The position numbers and the translations under genes are program-made. The notes beneath the pieces are model-generated. The model worked only from the letters and a program-made list of their open reading frames with translations. It did not search any database and was not told the origin of the DNA. Below, piece after piece: positions 1 through 6,790 of a stretch of 32,178 bases of DNA. The stretch comes from a virus (lineage: Duplodnaviria; Caudoviricetes): IMG/VR virus record IMGVR_UViG_3300049042_000233, positions 1-32,178 of that record; one strand, 5' to 3'. Every line of letters begins with the position of its first letter. Position 1 is the stretch's first letter.

Positions 1-55
1 CGATGGGGGGGTGGTACGGGGCGGTGGGAATAGGTATTAAATAAGAGCGGATTAT

Positions 56-1939
56 TCATTCGCCTTGCTCCTTCCGGAATCGTTTAGGTACGGGACTTTT
101 GAGATCTCGATTTGCTGTCCATTCGCCATCCTTTTTTCCCTTTTTCTCGGGCTCGGAATCGGGTGGCAATGGGGGTGCATAGACCCACCAAATCCCCTGC
201 GTCGAGTGGTCGATCCGGATCTTCGGTTGGCGGTTTCCTTCCTCGTCAACCATCCCCGAGCGGCCAGCACGTTTGCAAAGGGTCAGGGAGAACGCGGCCT
301 TGTTCCCATCCCTCCGGTCGGGTTCCCGTTGCAGGACAGCCACCTCGCGGGACCAGTTGGTTAGTTCACTCGACCCCGCGCCCAGATAGGCCACCTCGCT
401 CGAGGACTGCGCCTTCTCGGCCTTCGGTTTGGCGGTGTGATGGATGAGCACCACGACGCATCCGGTCTCCTCGAGGATCGGTTGGAGGGTGTTGCGGAGA
501 AAGACCGACATCCCTTTTTGGTCGTTAACATCGCCCCCGAAGAACGCCATGAGCGGATCGATGATGACGACCTCGAGCCGGTGCTCCTTGATGAGTTGGC
601 GGAGGATCCCGAGGAACACGTGCCCCGTCTTGGTGTTCTCCCTGAACAGCTTCAGGTTCTCATTGAGCAACTGCCCTGCACCGACCGTCCCTCGACCGGC
701 TGACAGGAGCCACTGCACCGATCCGAACATGGCCTCGAGCACGTCGCCCCAGTCATTCTCCGCTTGGATGATGCCGACCCGCAACGCTCGGCCCTCAGGG
801 TGCGCAATGCCGAAGAACGGGGTCCCTGTGGCCATTGCGACACCGAACTGGAGACAGAACGACGACTTCCCGACGCCCGACGAGGAGACAATGGTTAGCG
901 AGCCACCCTTGCACAACCATCGCTCCCCTAGGATGCAGGTGGGGTCAGGCATGATGGGTATCTCCTTGAGCGTGTCCCATGTCATCACCTGTGGCAGATC
1001 GCGGCGTCTCAGCCACACCTCGAACTCCTCCCACGTCTCTGGTCCCTCGCGGAGTGAGACCAGCCTTTGCCACTGGTCGCCCCGCTTGCATCCCGGCAGA
1101 CGCGAGAACCTGCCGGGGTTTTTATTGGCAGGACAAGGTCCAGCATCCTCTAGGTACTGGTACACGAGGTCACGACGGGTCTCCCACGTTGCCTTGTCGG
1201 GTGCGTCAACGCGCACCCACCCGTGAAACGATCGGCCACCGCTCGAGATGATAGCGGTGAGCGGCAGGTTGGACCCTTTGAGGGTGGCCAACTGGTCAGC
1301 CTCGGGAAGGTCGTCGAACTCGATGAGGACGTGCCTGTATGCGCTGACGTTGGAGTCTGCGCCCGTCGTGCTCTCGCTCCGGTAGGGGTTGATGCGTATC
1401 CATCGTCCCGAGGCCGAGGAGCAGGTGAACGGGTTGTCTCCCTGCTCGATTTGGTCGATGAACCACTCGAGCGGCTTGAAGGTGCCGTGCGATCCAGGAC
1501 GGTGCTTCCCGTCCTCGCCCTCGAGAGCCTGAGTGCAAATGCACACCAGCTCCCCCGGCATGAACGCGGCGCGAAGGAAGCGAATGGTCGAGGCCGACGA
1601 GTCATCTCCCGTCAGGTCAACGGGTGCCGCGTTTCGGTTGACGATGAACCTCCCCGTTGGACTGACAGTCTGGTGCGTGTCCAACTTCGACCCTCGCGGG
1701 TTGTTGTGTGGCTTCGTCGCGGCTTGTCGGACCTTGTGCTCGAGTTCTTTTCGACTCCACGGTGGCGAGCACCGCTGGTTCCACTGTTCGAGGATCTGGA
1801 GACTCTCGGCCTCGCTCAACGCGAAGTCGTGAGCCAGTACTCTGGCAAGGTCGTAGGTGGCCGAGTGGCCTCCCTGCCCGGAGATGGCCCCGGGTACCTT
1901 GGCCGCGTAGGATGCGGCGCGTTCATACGGTGTCAGCAT
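56..1939 (-). CDS. Primase-helicase (N-terminal PriCT-like helical domain, RepB-type primase-like domain, C-terminal AAA_25/RepA-type helicase)
   Basis: 627 aa. N-terminal WNQRCSPPWSRKELEHK; primase-like VLIEFD...IISSGGRSFHGWV...NPGRFSRLPG; Walker A variant SSSGVGKS, Walker B VVIIDP, and LIHHTAK...GAGSS typical of RecA-like RepA helicases. Confidence 0.85.
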   Translation of the reverse strand: MLTPYERAASYAAKVPGAISGQGGHSATYDLARVLAHDFALSEAESLQILEQWNQRCSPPWSRKELEHKVRQAATKPHNNPRGSKLDTHQTVSPTGRFIVNRNAAPVDLTGDDSSASTIRFLRAAFMPGELVCICTQALEGEDGKHRPGSHGTFKPLEWFIDQIEQGDNPFTCSSASGRWIRINPYRSESTTGADSNVSAYRHVLIEFDDLPEADQLATLKGSNLPLTAIISSGGRSFHGWVRVDAPDKATWETRRDLVYQYLEDAGPCPANKNPGRFSRLPGCKRGDQWQRLVSLREGPETWEEFEVWLRRRDLPQVMTWDTLKEIPIMPDPTCILGERWLCKGGSLTIVSSSGVGKSSFCLQFGVAMATGTPFFGIAHPEGRALRVGIIQAENDWGDVLEAMFGSVQWLLSAGRGTVGAGQLLNENLKLFRENTKTGHVFLGILRQLIKEHRLEVVIIDPLMAFFGGDVNDQKGMSVFLRNTLQPILEETGCVVVLIHHTAKPKAEKAQSSSEVAYLGAGSSELTNWSREVAVLQREPDRRDGNKAAFSLTLCKRAGRSGMVDEEGNRQPKIRIDHSTQGIWWVYAPPLPPDSEPEKKGKKDGEWTANRDLKSPVPKRFRKEQGE

Positions 1940-1964
1940 GGTTGTTTTTTGACCTGCTCCGAGG

Positions 1965-2270
1965 TCAGTTCTTCAATCGTTTGATCTCCTCGAGTGCTGC
2001 GTCGTACATGGTTTGCAACGCCTTGTGTTTGCCCCTCTCCACGAGGGTCATCGGGTTGGCAGCATCATAAGCCTCCTTCAGCTTGTCGTGCAGTTGGGCG
2101 TTGTGCTGTTGTAAATCCTGACAGGTCCTAGTGAGGCGATTAAAGGCATCCATCAGGCCCCAGTAGTCCTTGTTTGCTGCCTCGAGGCGTTTAACGACGC
2201 TCGCCAACTCGGCCACCAGATCCTCGATGAGTTCCGATGCGGCCCCATTTTCCAAGAGTTCTGCGTTCAT
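1965..2270 (-). CDS. Hypothetical coiled-coil protein
   Basis: 101-aa helical/heptad-rich ORF; ATGA overlap with the upstream gene. Confidence 0.75.
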   Translation of the reverse strand: MNAELLENGAASELIEDLVAELASVVKRLEAANKDYWGLMDAFNRLTRTCQDLQQHNAQLHDKLKEAYDAANPMTLVERGKHKALQTMYDAALEEIKRLKN

Positions 2271-2437
2271 TCCTCGTCCTCCTCGAGTTCCGCAAACTCC
2301 TCGGCGTGATAGGTTTTGAGGCTTTCAATCTGCTCTGCTGAGAGGTAGAGCGAGATGCTTCCCCACAGTTCCGCGAATGCCTCGCGGAGGTCGGCCACCT
2401 GTTGCTCGAGCCGCTCGATTTGGTCGCGCATTTTCAT
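2267..2437 (-). CDS. Small acidic hypothetical protein (56 aa, not in ORF track)
   Basis: Hand translation MKMRDQIERLEQQVADLREAFAELWGSISLYLSAEQIESLKTYHAEEFAELEEDEE; ATGA overlaps at both ends fill the gap exactly. Confidence 0.75.
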   Translation of the reverse strand: MKMRDQIERLEQQVADLREAFAELWGSISLYLSAEQIESLKTYHAEEFAELEEDEE

Positions 2438-2664
2438 TGTTCATCTCCAATGGTTGGGGGTTTTGGCATGGCTGCCCAATGGGTGACGACGCTCGGCGAT
2501 TTTATGCCTGACCACGCAAATGCCATGCGGTGTGACGGGGTGCAGAACGTGCGCTTTCCATCTCGAACGAGGACTATGACCGGGATGTCGCGCTTTGGCA
2601 TTTCGACGTTCGCATCGACCCAGAACAGCATCGATTTCGGATCGGCGTAGAGTGTTGATTTCAT
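2434..2664 (-). CDS. DUF551-like phage protein
   Basis: Restarted at ATG 2664 (MKSTLY...). WVDANVEMP...VIVL...VTHWAAMPKPP resembles the DUF551 'W-----LP...VTHWMPLPEPP' pattern. Confidence 0.65.
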   Translation of the reverse strand: MKSTLYADPKSMLFWVDANVEMPKRDIPVIVLVRDGKRTFCTPSHRMAFAWSGIKSPSVVTHWAAMPKPPTIGDEQ

Positions 2665-2759
2665 TTTTGTTTTGAGGATCCCACCGCCACGAGGCCGACG
2701 AACACACTGACGAGTAGGACGGCCATGATGCCGGCTCCGAGGCGGTGGAGGTTGTTCAT
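2661..2759 (-). CDS. Small single-pass membrane protein (32 aa, not in ORF track)
   Basis: MNNLHRLGAGIMAVLLVSVFVGLVAVGSSKQK; hydrophobic core; ATGA overlaps at both ends. Confidence 0.65.
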   Translation of the reverse strand: MNNLHRLGAGIMAVLLVSVFVGLVAVGSSKQK

Positions 2760-3076
2760 TTGAGCAGGGTTTCGAGGTGCGCGGAGAGTTGGTGAAACTC
2801 CGTTGGGTCAACCCACTGTTTCCTCGCGCTCAACAAGATACGCATCAGCTTTTCGACCGTCTCCGTGATCTCGGGGTTGCCGATAAACTGTTCGATGGCC
2901 GTCGCTTGATTGGTGCGCCATGTTGCCCACTGTTCGAGTTTCCCAATCCGGTTAACCAAGTCCCAATAGGCGACGTCATAAGATACGTCCCTCACTGGTT
3001 TGTCGTTCACGATGCGGAACACGTTGTTCATCATGTCGGCGAACACCGGCCGCAGTTCCCTAAGTTCTTGTGTCAT
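2756..3076 (-). CDS. Hypothetical protein
   Basis: 106-aa ORF translationally coupled to both neighbours. Confidence 0.7.
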   Translation of the reverse strand: MTQELRELRPVFADMMNNVFRIVNDKPVRDVSYDVAYWDLVNRIGKLEQWATWRTNQATAIEQFIGNPEITETVEKLMRILLSARKQWVDPTEFHQLSAHLETLLK

Positions 3077-3327
3077 TGGATTTCGTTTATTGCTGCGAGT
3101 TGCTTGGTCATTGCTTCGAGTTCGCGGCGGAGAAACCGGACCTCGAACGCGAGCGCGTCGGGATGCTTCCCTTGATCGCGGAGTTCGTCGGTCAGTTCGT
3201 CCCGCACGATTTCTCGGAGTTGGCTCCGGTACTCCGAGGACAAGAGCACTGCTCTTACCTCGGTCTTGATTGCTTCGACGGTGCTCATGGCTTGCCTGAT
3301 TAGGTTGTCGAGTTGCTGCGGTTGCAT
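3073..3327 (-). CDS. Hypothetical helical protein
   Basis: 84-aa ORF starting 3 nt after the upstream stop, with an ATGA overlap downstream. Confidence 0.7.
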   Translation of the reverse strand: MQPQQLDNLIRQAMSTVEAIKTEVRAVLLSSEYRSQLREIVRDELTDELRDQGKHPDALAFEVRFLRRELEAMTKQLAAINEIQ

Positions 3328-3330
3328 GGC

Positions 3331-3831
3331 TTAAAACGGCACCTCATCCGGTCCCTCGGCCTCCTCCTCGGCTTTTTTGATCTGCTCAAGTGCCTTCGCT
3401 GGCAGTTGCGTTTTGCCCTTCCTCGGGTCCATTGGCCTGAGCCTCGTGGCCGTCCCCTGCGATCCGTCCTTTTTCTGGTACGTCTCAAGGTAGATGGCAA
3501 ATGTCACCCACAGCCCATCGAACTTTTTCACAAACTCGATAAAGTTTGAGTTTTTCGAGAAGTCCGCGCTCTGGCCGTTGGGGATGTTGATCTTGCTCCC
3601 GTCGGGGTCAGCCGCGGCGAGCAGGACATTCAGTTTCCACCAGAGACTCTCAGCGTTGATAATGTCATCGGTGGCCTTTGCTCCAGACTCCGTGACGAAC
3701 TCGAGGCGGATCTTCATCTCGCCTTTCGGCGTACACTCAATCTCGTTCGGAAACTTGATGGTGCCTGAGTAGATGCCCGGAGTCTTAATCCACGAACTCT
3801 CCGGTGCTGCGTTTCGGTCGATTTTGAACAT
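3331..3831 (-). CDS. Single-stranded DNA-binding-like protein (DUF669-like)
   Basis: PGIYSGTI start, beta-rich body, acidic C-terminal tail ending EEEAEGPDEVPF as in SSBs; directly downstream of the RecT-like gene. Confidence 0.65.
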   Translation of the reverse strand: MFKIDRNAAPESSWIKTPGIYSGTIKFPNEIECTPKGEMKIRLEFVTESGAKATDDIINAESLWWKLNVLLAAADPDGSKINIPNGQSADFSKNSNFIEFVKKFDGLWVTFAIYLETYQKKDGSQGTATRLRPMDPRKGKTQLPAKALEQIKKAEEEAEGPDEVPF

Positions 3832-3837
3832 GGTGGT

Positions 3838-4572
3838 TTACAGTTTGGAGATGAGGTCAGCGGTGCGAGTGCGGATGTCCTTTTGGACTTTAGCGTTGAG
3901 GAGCGTGAGCAAGTCCGTTTTGAAAAACGCGAGTGCGGACGTGTAATGCTCCCCGAGCATGTCCCTAAACTCTTGCTCTGGATCTTCAGCCGGTGGCAAC
4001 GCCTCCGGTGTTACGACCTGCGCCTGAGCGGGTTTTTCGACTCGCTCGATGATGCCGAAGTCGCTGACTTCCTCGGGAGTGTAAATCCCGCTCACGACCT
4101 CCGGTGCGAGCAACCGCACTGCCTCTGAGATGAGACGAGCGGTCAGCATTTGGCGAGGGTGCCGCTTGTAGTTCTCTTTCAACTCGCCTCCCTTGCCCAG
4201 GGCGACCCCGTTGGCCACCAGCTCCTGCATCGTGACCTCCATCTCGATGTCGTTCTCTCCGTAGACCCACCGAGCCTTGACTCGCTCGGCAGTCCGAGTG
4301 CCCCAGATCACCTTGCCTCCTGCGGCCTTGTACCGACCGAGCATTGCGTCGGCCTTCATCGACAGCTTGCCGTCGAGGAGATGGTACGTTTGCGTGACCT
4401 CAAATGGGGTCAGGCCCGACGTCAGGCATTGGAGCGCGAGGATGGCTCCCTGCGCGGGTTTGGTGCATCCAAACATCCCTGATGAGGCGAAGGCTTCACC
4501 TAGTTGCATTGCTGCCCCGACGGGGTCCGAGACTCCCGAGAAGAGAGCCAGTGGTTTGTTTTCGTTGTTCAT
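3838..4572 (-). CDS. RecT/Redbeta-like single-strand annealing protein
   Basis: GLTPFE...YHLLDGKLSMKADAM and NYKRHPRQMLTARLISEAVRLLAPEVVSGIYTPEE match the RecT/Bet 'W..P..ML..RA...A.R..FP....G.Y..EE' signature. Confidence 0.8.
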   Translation of the reverse strand: MNNENKPLALFSGVSDPVGAAMQLGEAFASSGMFGCTKPAQGAILALQCLTSGLTPFEVTQTYHLLDGKLSMKADAMLGRYKAAGGKVIWGTRTAERVKARWVYGENDIEMEVTMQELVANGVALGKGGELKENYKRHPRQMLTARLISEAVRLLAPEVVSGIYTPEEVSDFGIIERVEKPAQAQVVTPEALPPAEDPEQEFRDMLGEHYTSALAFFKTDLLTLLNAKVQKDIRTRTADLISKL

Positions 4573-4576
4573 GTTT

Positions 4577-5035
4577 TTACTGTCTGTTGTTGTTGTTTTT
4601 TGCCGCTAATCCAACGGCGAGGATGAGCACCGCATCGGCGGTACTCAAAGTGATGTGGAGGCCTGGAAAGCGTCGTTGGGCCTCCTCCTTTAGTCGGTTT
4701 TTCCACTTGCGCTGTTCCTCTCCGGGACGCTTGGAGAGACCGATGACCTTTTGCCACGCCTTCGGCTGGACGAGGATGAGGCTGAACCCGAGCGACATGG
4801 CCACCCCTTGGATGAACCCGACGTTGCGGTGGAGGACTGCGAGTGACGAGTGACCCGCTCCGAAGATTGCTTTTGCTGGTAGCTCCATGCGGATCTCGCG
4901 ATGGCCAACCGCGTAGAGGTTGCGGAGACCCGTGAGGATGTCCCCATCGGTCTCTGGCATCTTGCAGCAATAGACGTTTCCGCTCTCCATGTCGTATGCC
5001 CACCCACCTGCCACTCCGGGGTCGATGGCGATCAT
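4577..5035 (-). CDS. RuvC-like Holliday junction resolvase
   Basis: Start MIAIDPG (ATGA-coupled at 5035), central E (IRMELP), PKAWQK and C-terminal ADAVLI: the RuvC acidic-residue layout. Confidence 0.85.
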   Translation of the reverse strand: MIAIDPGVAGGWAYDMESGNVYCCKMPETDGDILTGLRNLYAVGHREIRMELPAKAIFGAGHSSLAVLHRNVGFIQGVAMSLGFSLILVQPKAWQKVIGLSKRPGEEQRKWKNRLKEEAQRRFPGLHITLSTADAVLILAVGLAAKNNNNRQ

Positions 5036-5322
5036 TTGCCCCTCCTCTGCCAATAGGCGCGCATGGATTCAACTCGGCTGATTCGCGAGCACGCCGAGCA
5101 ATAGCGCTGGCCACGCTTCGATGGCTTGGCCCCTTTGCACCGACGACACCTCTTACTCGGTGCGAGCATGAGATCCCCGTGGGGCGTCTCGATGCGTTTA
5201 GCGACGAGGAGCCGCTGCGCGATGGACAGAGCGGCGTCCTTGGCCGAGATCAGGTTTGCGTGATCTTCAGGCGAGATGAGGTGCCACTCGCGGCCCTCGT
5301 GCTGGATGGTTTGCAGACTCAT
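5032..5322 (-). CDS. Small basic zinc-finger protein
   Basis: Restarted at ATG 5322 (MSLQTIQ...). CRRC...YCSAC pair and an Arg/Lys-rich C-terminus. Confidence 0.65.
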   Translation of the reverse strand: MSLQTIQHEGREWHLISPEDHANLISAKDAALSIAQRLLVAKRIETPHGDLMLAPSKRCRRCKGAKPSKRGQRYCSACSRISRVESMRAYWQRRGK

Positions 5323-5504
5323 TGCCCCACCTCCTCTCTGGCTGCCTCTAGGACGTATGTGATGCCGATGGCGGCCGACACGAGGCCGAGTACGCCCACT
5401 GCGGCCGTCCATGCGTCCCACTCGAGGGTGCCGAGCAGGGCGAAGTCGATGGTTGATAGAGCGAGGAGTATTTCCCCTTGGATGGTTTTTGCTTTGGTTG
5501 TCAT
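5319..5504 (-). CDS. Small membrane protein (about two hydrophobic segments)
   Basis: 61 aa, ILLALSTIDFALLG and AAVGVLGLVSAAIGITYVL; A/C-rich leader. Confidence 0.65.
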   Translation of the reverse strand: MTTKAKTIQGEILLALSTIDFALLGTLEWDAWTAAVGVLGLVSAAIGITYVLEAAREEVGQ

Positions 5505-5588
5505 GGTGTTGAGTTGGTTATGGGTTGCGTGGGGTTGGGTTAAAAGATTGCTGCAATCACACCGCCATCAAACGGGATAGCAATCGTC

Positions 5589-5620
5589 CTCGCTCTGAGC
5601 CAGGCTCGCTCTGAGCCAGG
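5589..5620. repeat. Perfect 16-bp tandem duplication CTCGCTCTGAGCCAGG x2
   Basis: Copies at 5589-5604 and 5605-5620, read directly. Confidence 0.95.
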
Positions 5621-5675
5621 CGAGAGCGTCGTCCTCGTCTACTCCAAGGTAATCCGTCAAGGCAACCGATCCGGC

Positions 5676-5786
5676 GTGCGTCCAGCTGCCATTTTCCAGC
5701 ATCGCGTCGAGGACGAGTCGTAGGCGGACGAAGCAACCAACACCTTCTCGGTGCGTCCAGCTGCCATTTTCCAGCATCGCGTCGAG
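5676..5786. CRISPR. CRISPR-like minimal unit: repeat (36 bp) - spacer (39 bp) - repeat (36 bp)
   Basis: GTGCGTCCAGCTGCCATTTTCCAGCATCGCGTCGAG is identical at 5676-5711 and 5751-5786. Spacer 5712-5750 matches capsid gene 24899-24937 at 33/39. The repeats are certain; CRISPR function is inferred (no cas genes, only two repeats, weak hairpin). Confidence 0.6.
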
Positions 5787-5996
5787 TGCAGTTTTCCACT
5801 CGAAATAGGCGAGGTCAAAAACCTGCTGCGGAACGTCACCGACGGTCACGTCGTTTCCGTCGTTTGGCGAAAATGATGCTGCCCAGCTTGCCTCGACGTG
5901 GAGGGTTGCTGGTTTGCCTAGGTTTGTTGGTTCAATGCTCATTTTGTTATCTGGTTGGTTGTTTCGTCTTGGGGTCTCCGCCCCTCAACTGCAACC

Positions 5997-6026
5997 ATCA
6001 AACCACAGTTGTTTTTCTCTGTCCAA
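5997..6026 (-). promoter_or_regulatory. Candidate sigma70-type promoter for the early operon
   Basis: Minus strand TTGGAC - 18 nt - TTTGAT, with an A-rich tract upstream, in an AT-rich gap about 55 nt before ATG 5942. Imperfect match to consensus. Confidence 0.35.
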
Positions 6027-6081
6027 CAGTTTTCTCATCTTTTTTTTATGCACTGCAAACTCGTTGAGTTTGAGGTGGTTA

Positions 6082-6113
6082 CCGATGCGGGAGGCCCCAT
6101 CCCCCCGCACCGG
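6082..6113 (-). other. 13-bp GC-rich RNA hairpin without U-tract
   Basis: Minus-strand RNA CCGGUGCGGGGGG-AUGGGG-CCUCCCGCAUCGG. The two non-Watson-Crick pairs are G-U only on the minus strand. Confidence 0.55.
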
Positions 6114-6197
6114 AGCATACCAGACATCCCGGCAAACAACCGGATGAACACGGAAAATCGTCCCACACGAAACTAAGCCCGTCAACGGTGCTCTAAA

Positions 6198-6764
6198 TCA
6201 TTGCTCCTCTAGGCTTTGCGAGAATAGGACAATCTCCGAGAGGGAAGCGATGATGCGTTCCTTTTGGTCTACTGTAAGTTTCTCCACATCAACGCGTTGA
6301 ACCCATCGTCGGAACGATTGCGCCACCCTCTCAACCGTCGGCATCTCCTTGAGGATGGGTTGGTTAGACTGTTTGAAGCGGTACTTCGTTTTGTTCCACT
6401 GAGTTTCTGGAAGTGCCAGCCACGCTTGTATTTCCGTCTGGAGCTTGCTGAGGTTGGCCGACGTCATCCCGAGGTCGGTTGCGGCCTCCGAGAGGTTGTG
6501 CCACCCGATGAGCGGCTGTAGGTCAGCGGCGAAACATAAGGCCACCGCCTTTGCCTTCGCATCTCCGGGACCGAGCATCCACGCTAGGATCCGGTGCAGG
6601 TGCGCGGCCGATGCGGCTGAGGACGTCCTCTCAACATGGTTGGCCAGTTCGGATTGGTGCCAGTCGGCCATCCTCTGCGCGGTTGCAACGGGAATGCCGA
6701 ATCGTTCGGCGAGTTGTTCGGCGGGGGTGTCGAGGTCCTCAGGTGTCCAGTCGGCGGGTTGCAT
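6198..6764 (-). CDS. Putative helix-turn-helix DNA-binding protein
   Basis: Likely ATG at 6764. Two HTH-like segments: AEQLAERFGIPVATAQRM and LSEAATDLGMTSANLSK. Confidence 0.6.
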   Translation of the reverse strand: MQPADWTPEDLDTPAEQLAERFGIPVATAQRMADWHQSELANHVERTSSAASAAHLHRILAWMLGPGDAKAKAVALCFAADLQPLIGWHNLSEAATDLGMTSANLSKLQTEIQAWLALPETQWNKTKYRFKQSNQPILKEMPTVERVAQSFRRWVQRVDVEKLTVDQKERIIASLSEIVLFSQSLEEQ

Positions 6765-6790
6765 TGCCCAACCCTGTAGCACTCAAAGAG

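Larger units (their letters stand above)
5540..5942 (-). pseudogene. Small acidic phage gene altered by a 75-bp in-frame repeat+spacer insertion and a 16-bp frameshifting duplication (current ORF 5568..5942)
   Basis: Deleting one 36-bp repeat plus the spacer and one 16-bp copy gives a clean 312-nt, 103-aa ORF ending ...DEDDALAWLRARTIAIPFDGGVIAAIF-TAA at 5540. Confidence 0.55.

Noticed and set aside
1-55. G-rich then AT-rich stretch after the primase-helicase as a replication origin
   Set aside because: Truncated by the window edge; no iterons visible.
4577-5035. RuvC gene as a Cas12/TnpB/Tas-type effector for the nearby repeat unit
   Set aside because: Only 152 aa with a contiguous resolvase layout and no room for RNA-binding domains. 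It sits in a normal recombination cassette.
5712-5750. Diversity-generating retroelement template/variable repeat pair (spacer versus capsid)
   Set aside because: Mismatches are not adenine-specific on either strand and are mostly synonymous. The match is only 39 bp and no reverse transcriptase is present.
5657-5839. 60-aa ORF that reads the capsid peptide EKVLVASSAYDSS in frame
   Set aside because: Alternative frame inside a better ORF with no convincing start. Useful only as the clue to the spacer's origin.
5601-5900. Additional degenerate repeats at 75-bp period, or an anti-repeat (CTCGACGTG...TGCTGG near 5892-5912)
   Set aside because: Positions 5601 and 5826 share at most a few bases with the repeat. 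The anti-repeat similarity is short, gapped and within chance. I saw no match elsewhere in the window for the flanking 39-mers.
5985-6185. 66-aa minus-strand and 73-77-aa plus-strand ORFs in the intergenic gap
   Set aside because: Non-ATG or uncoupled starts, atypical composition, and overlap with promoter-like and hairpin elements.
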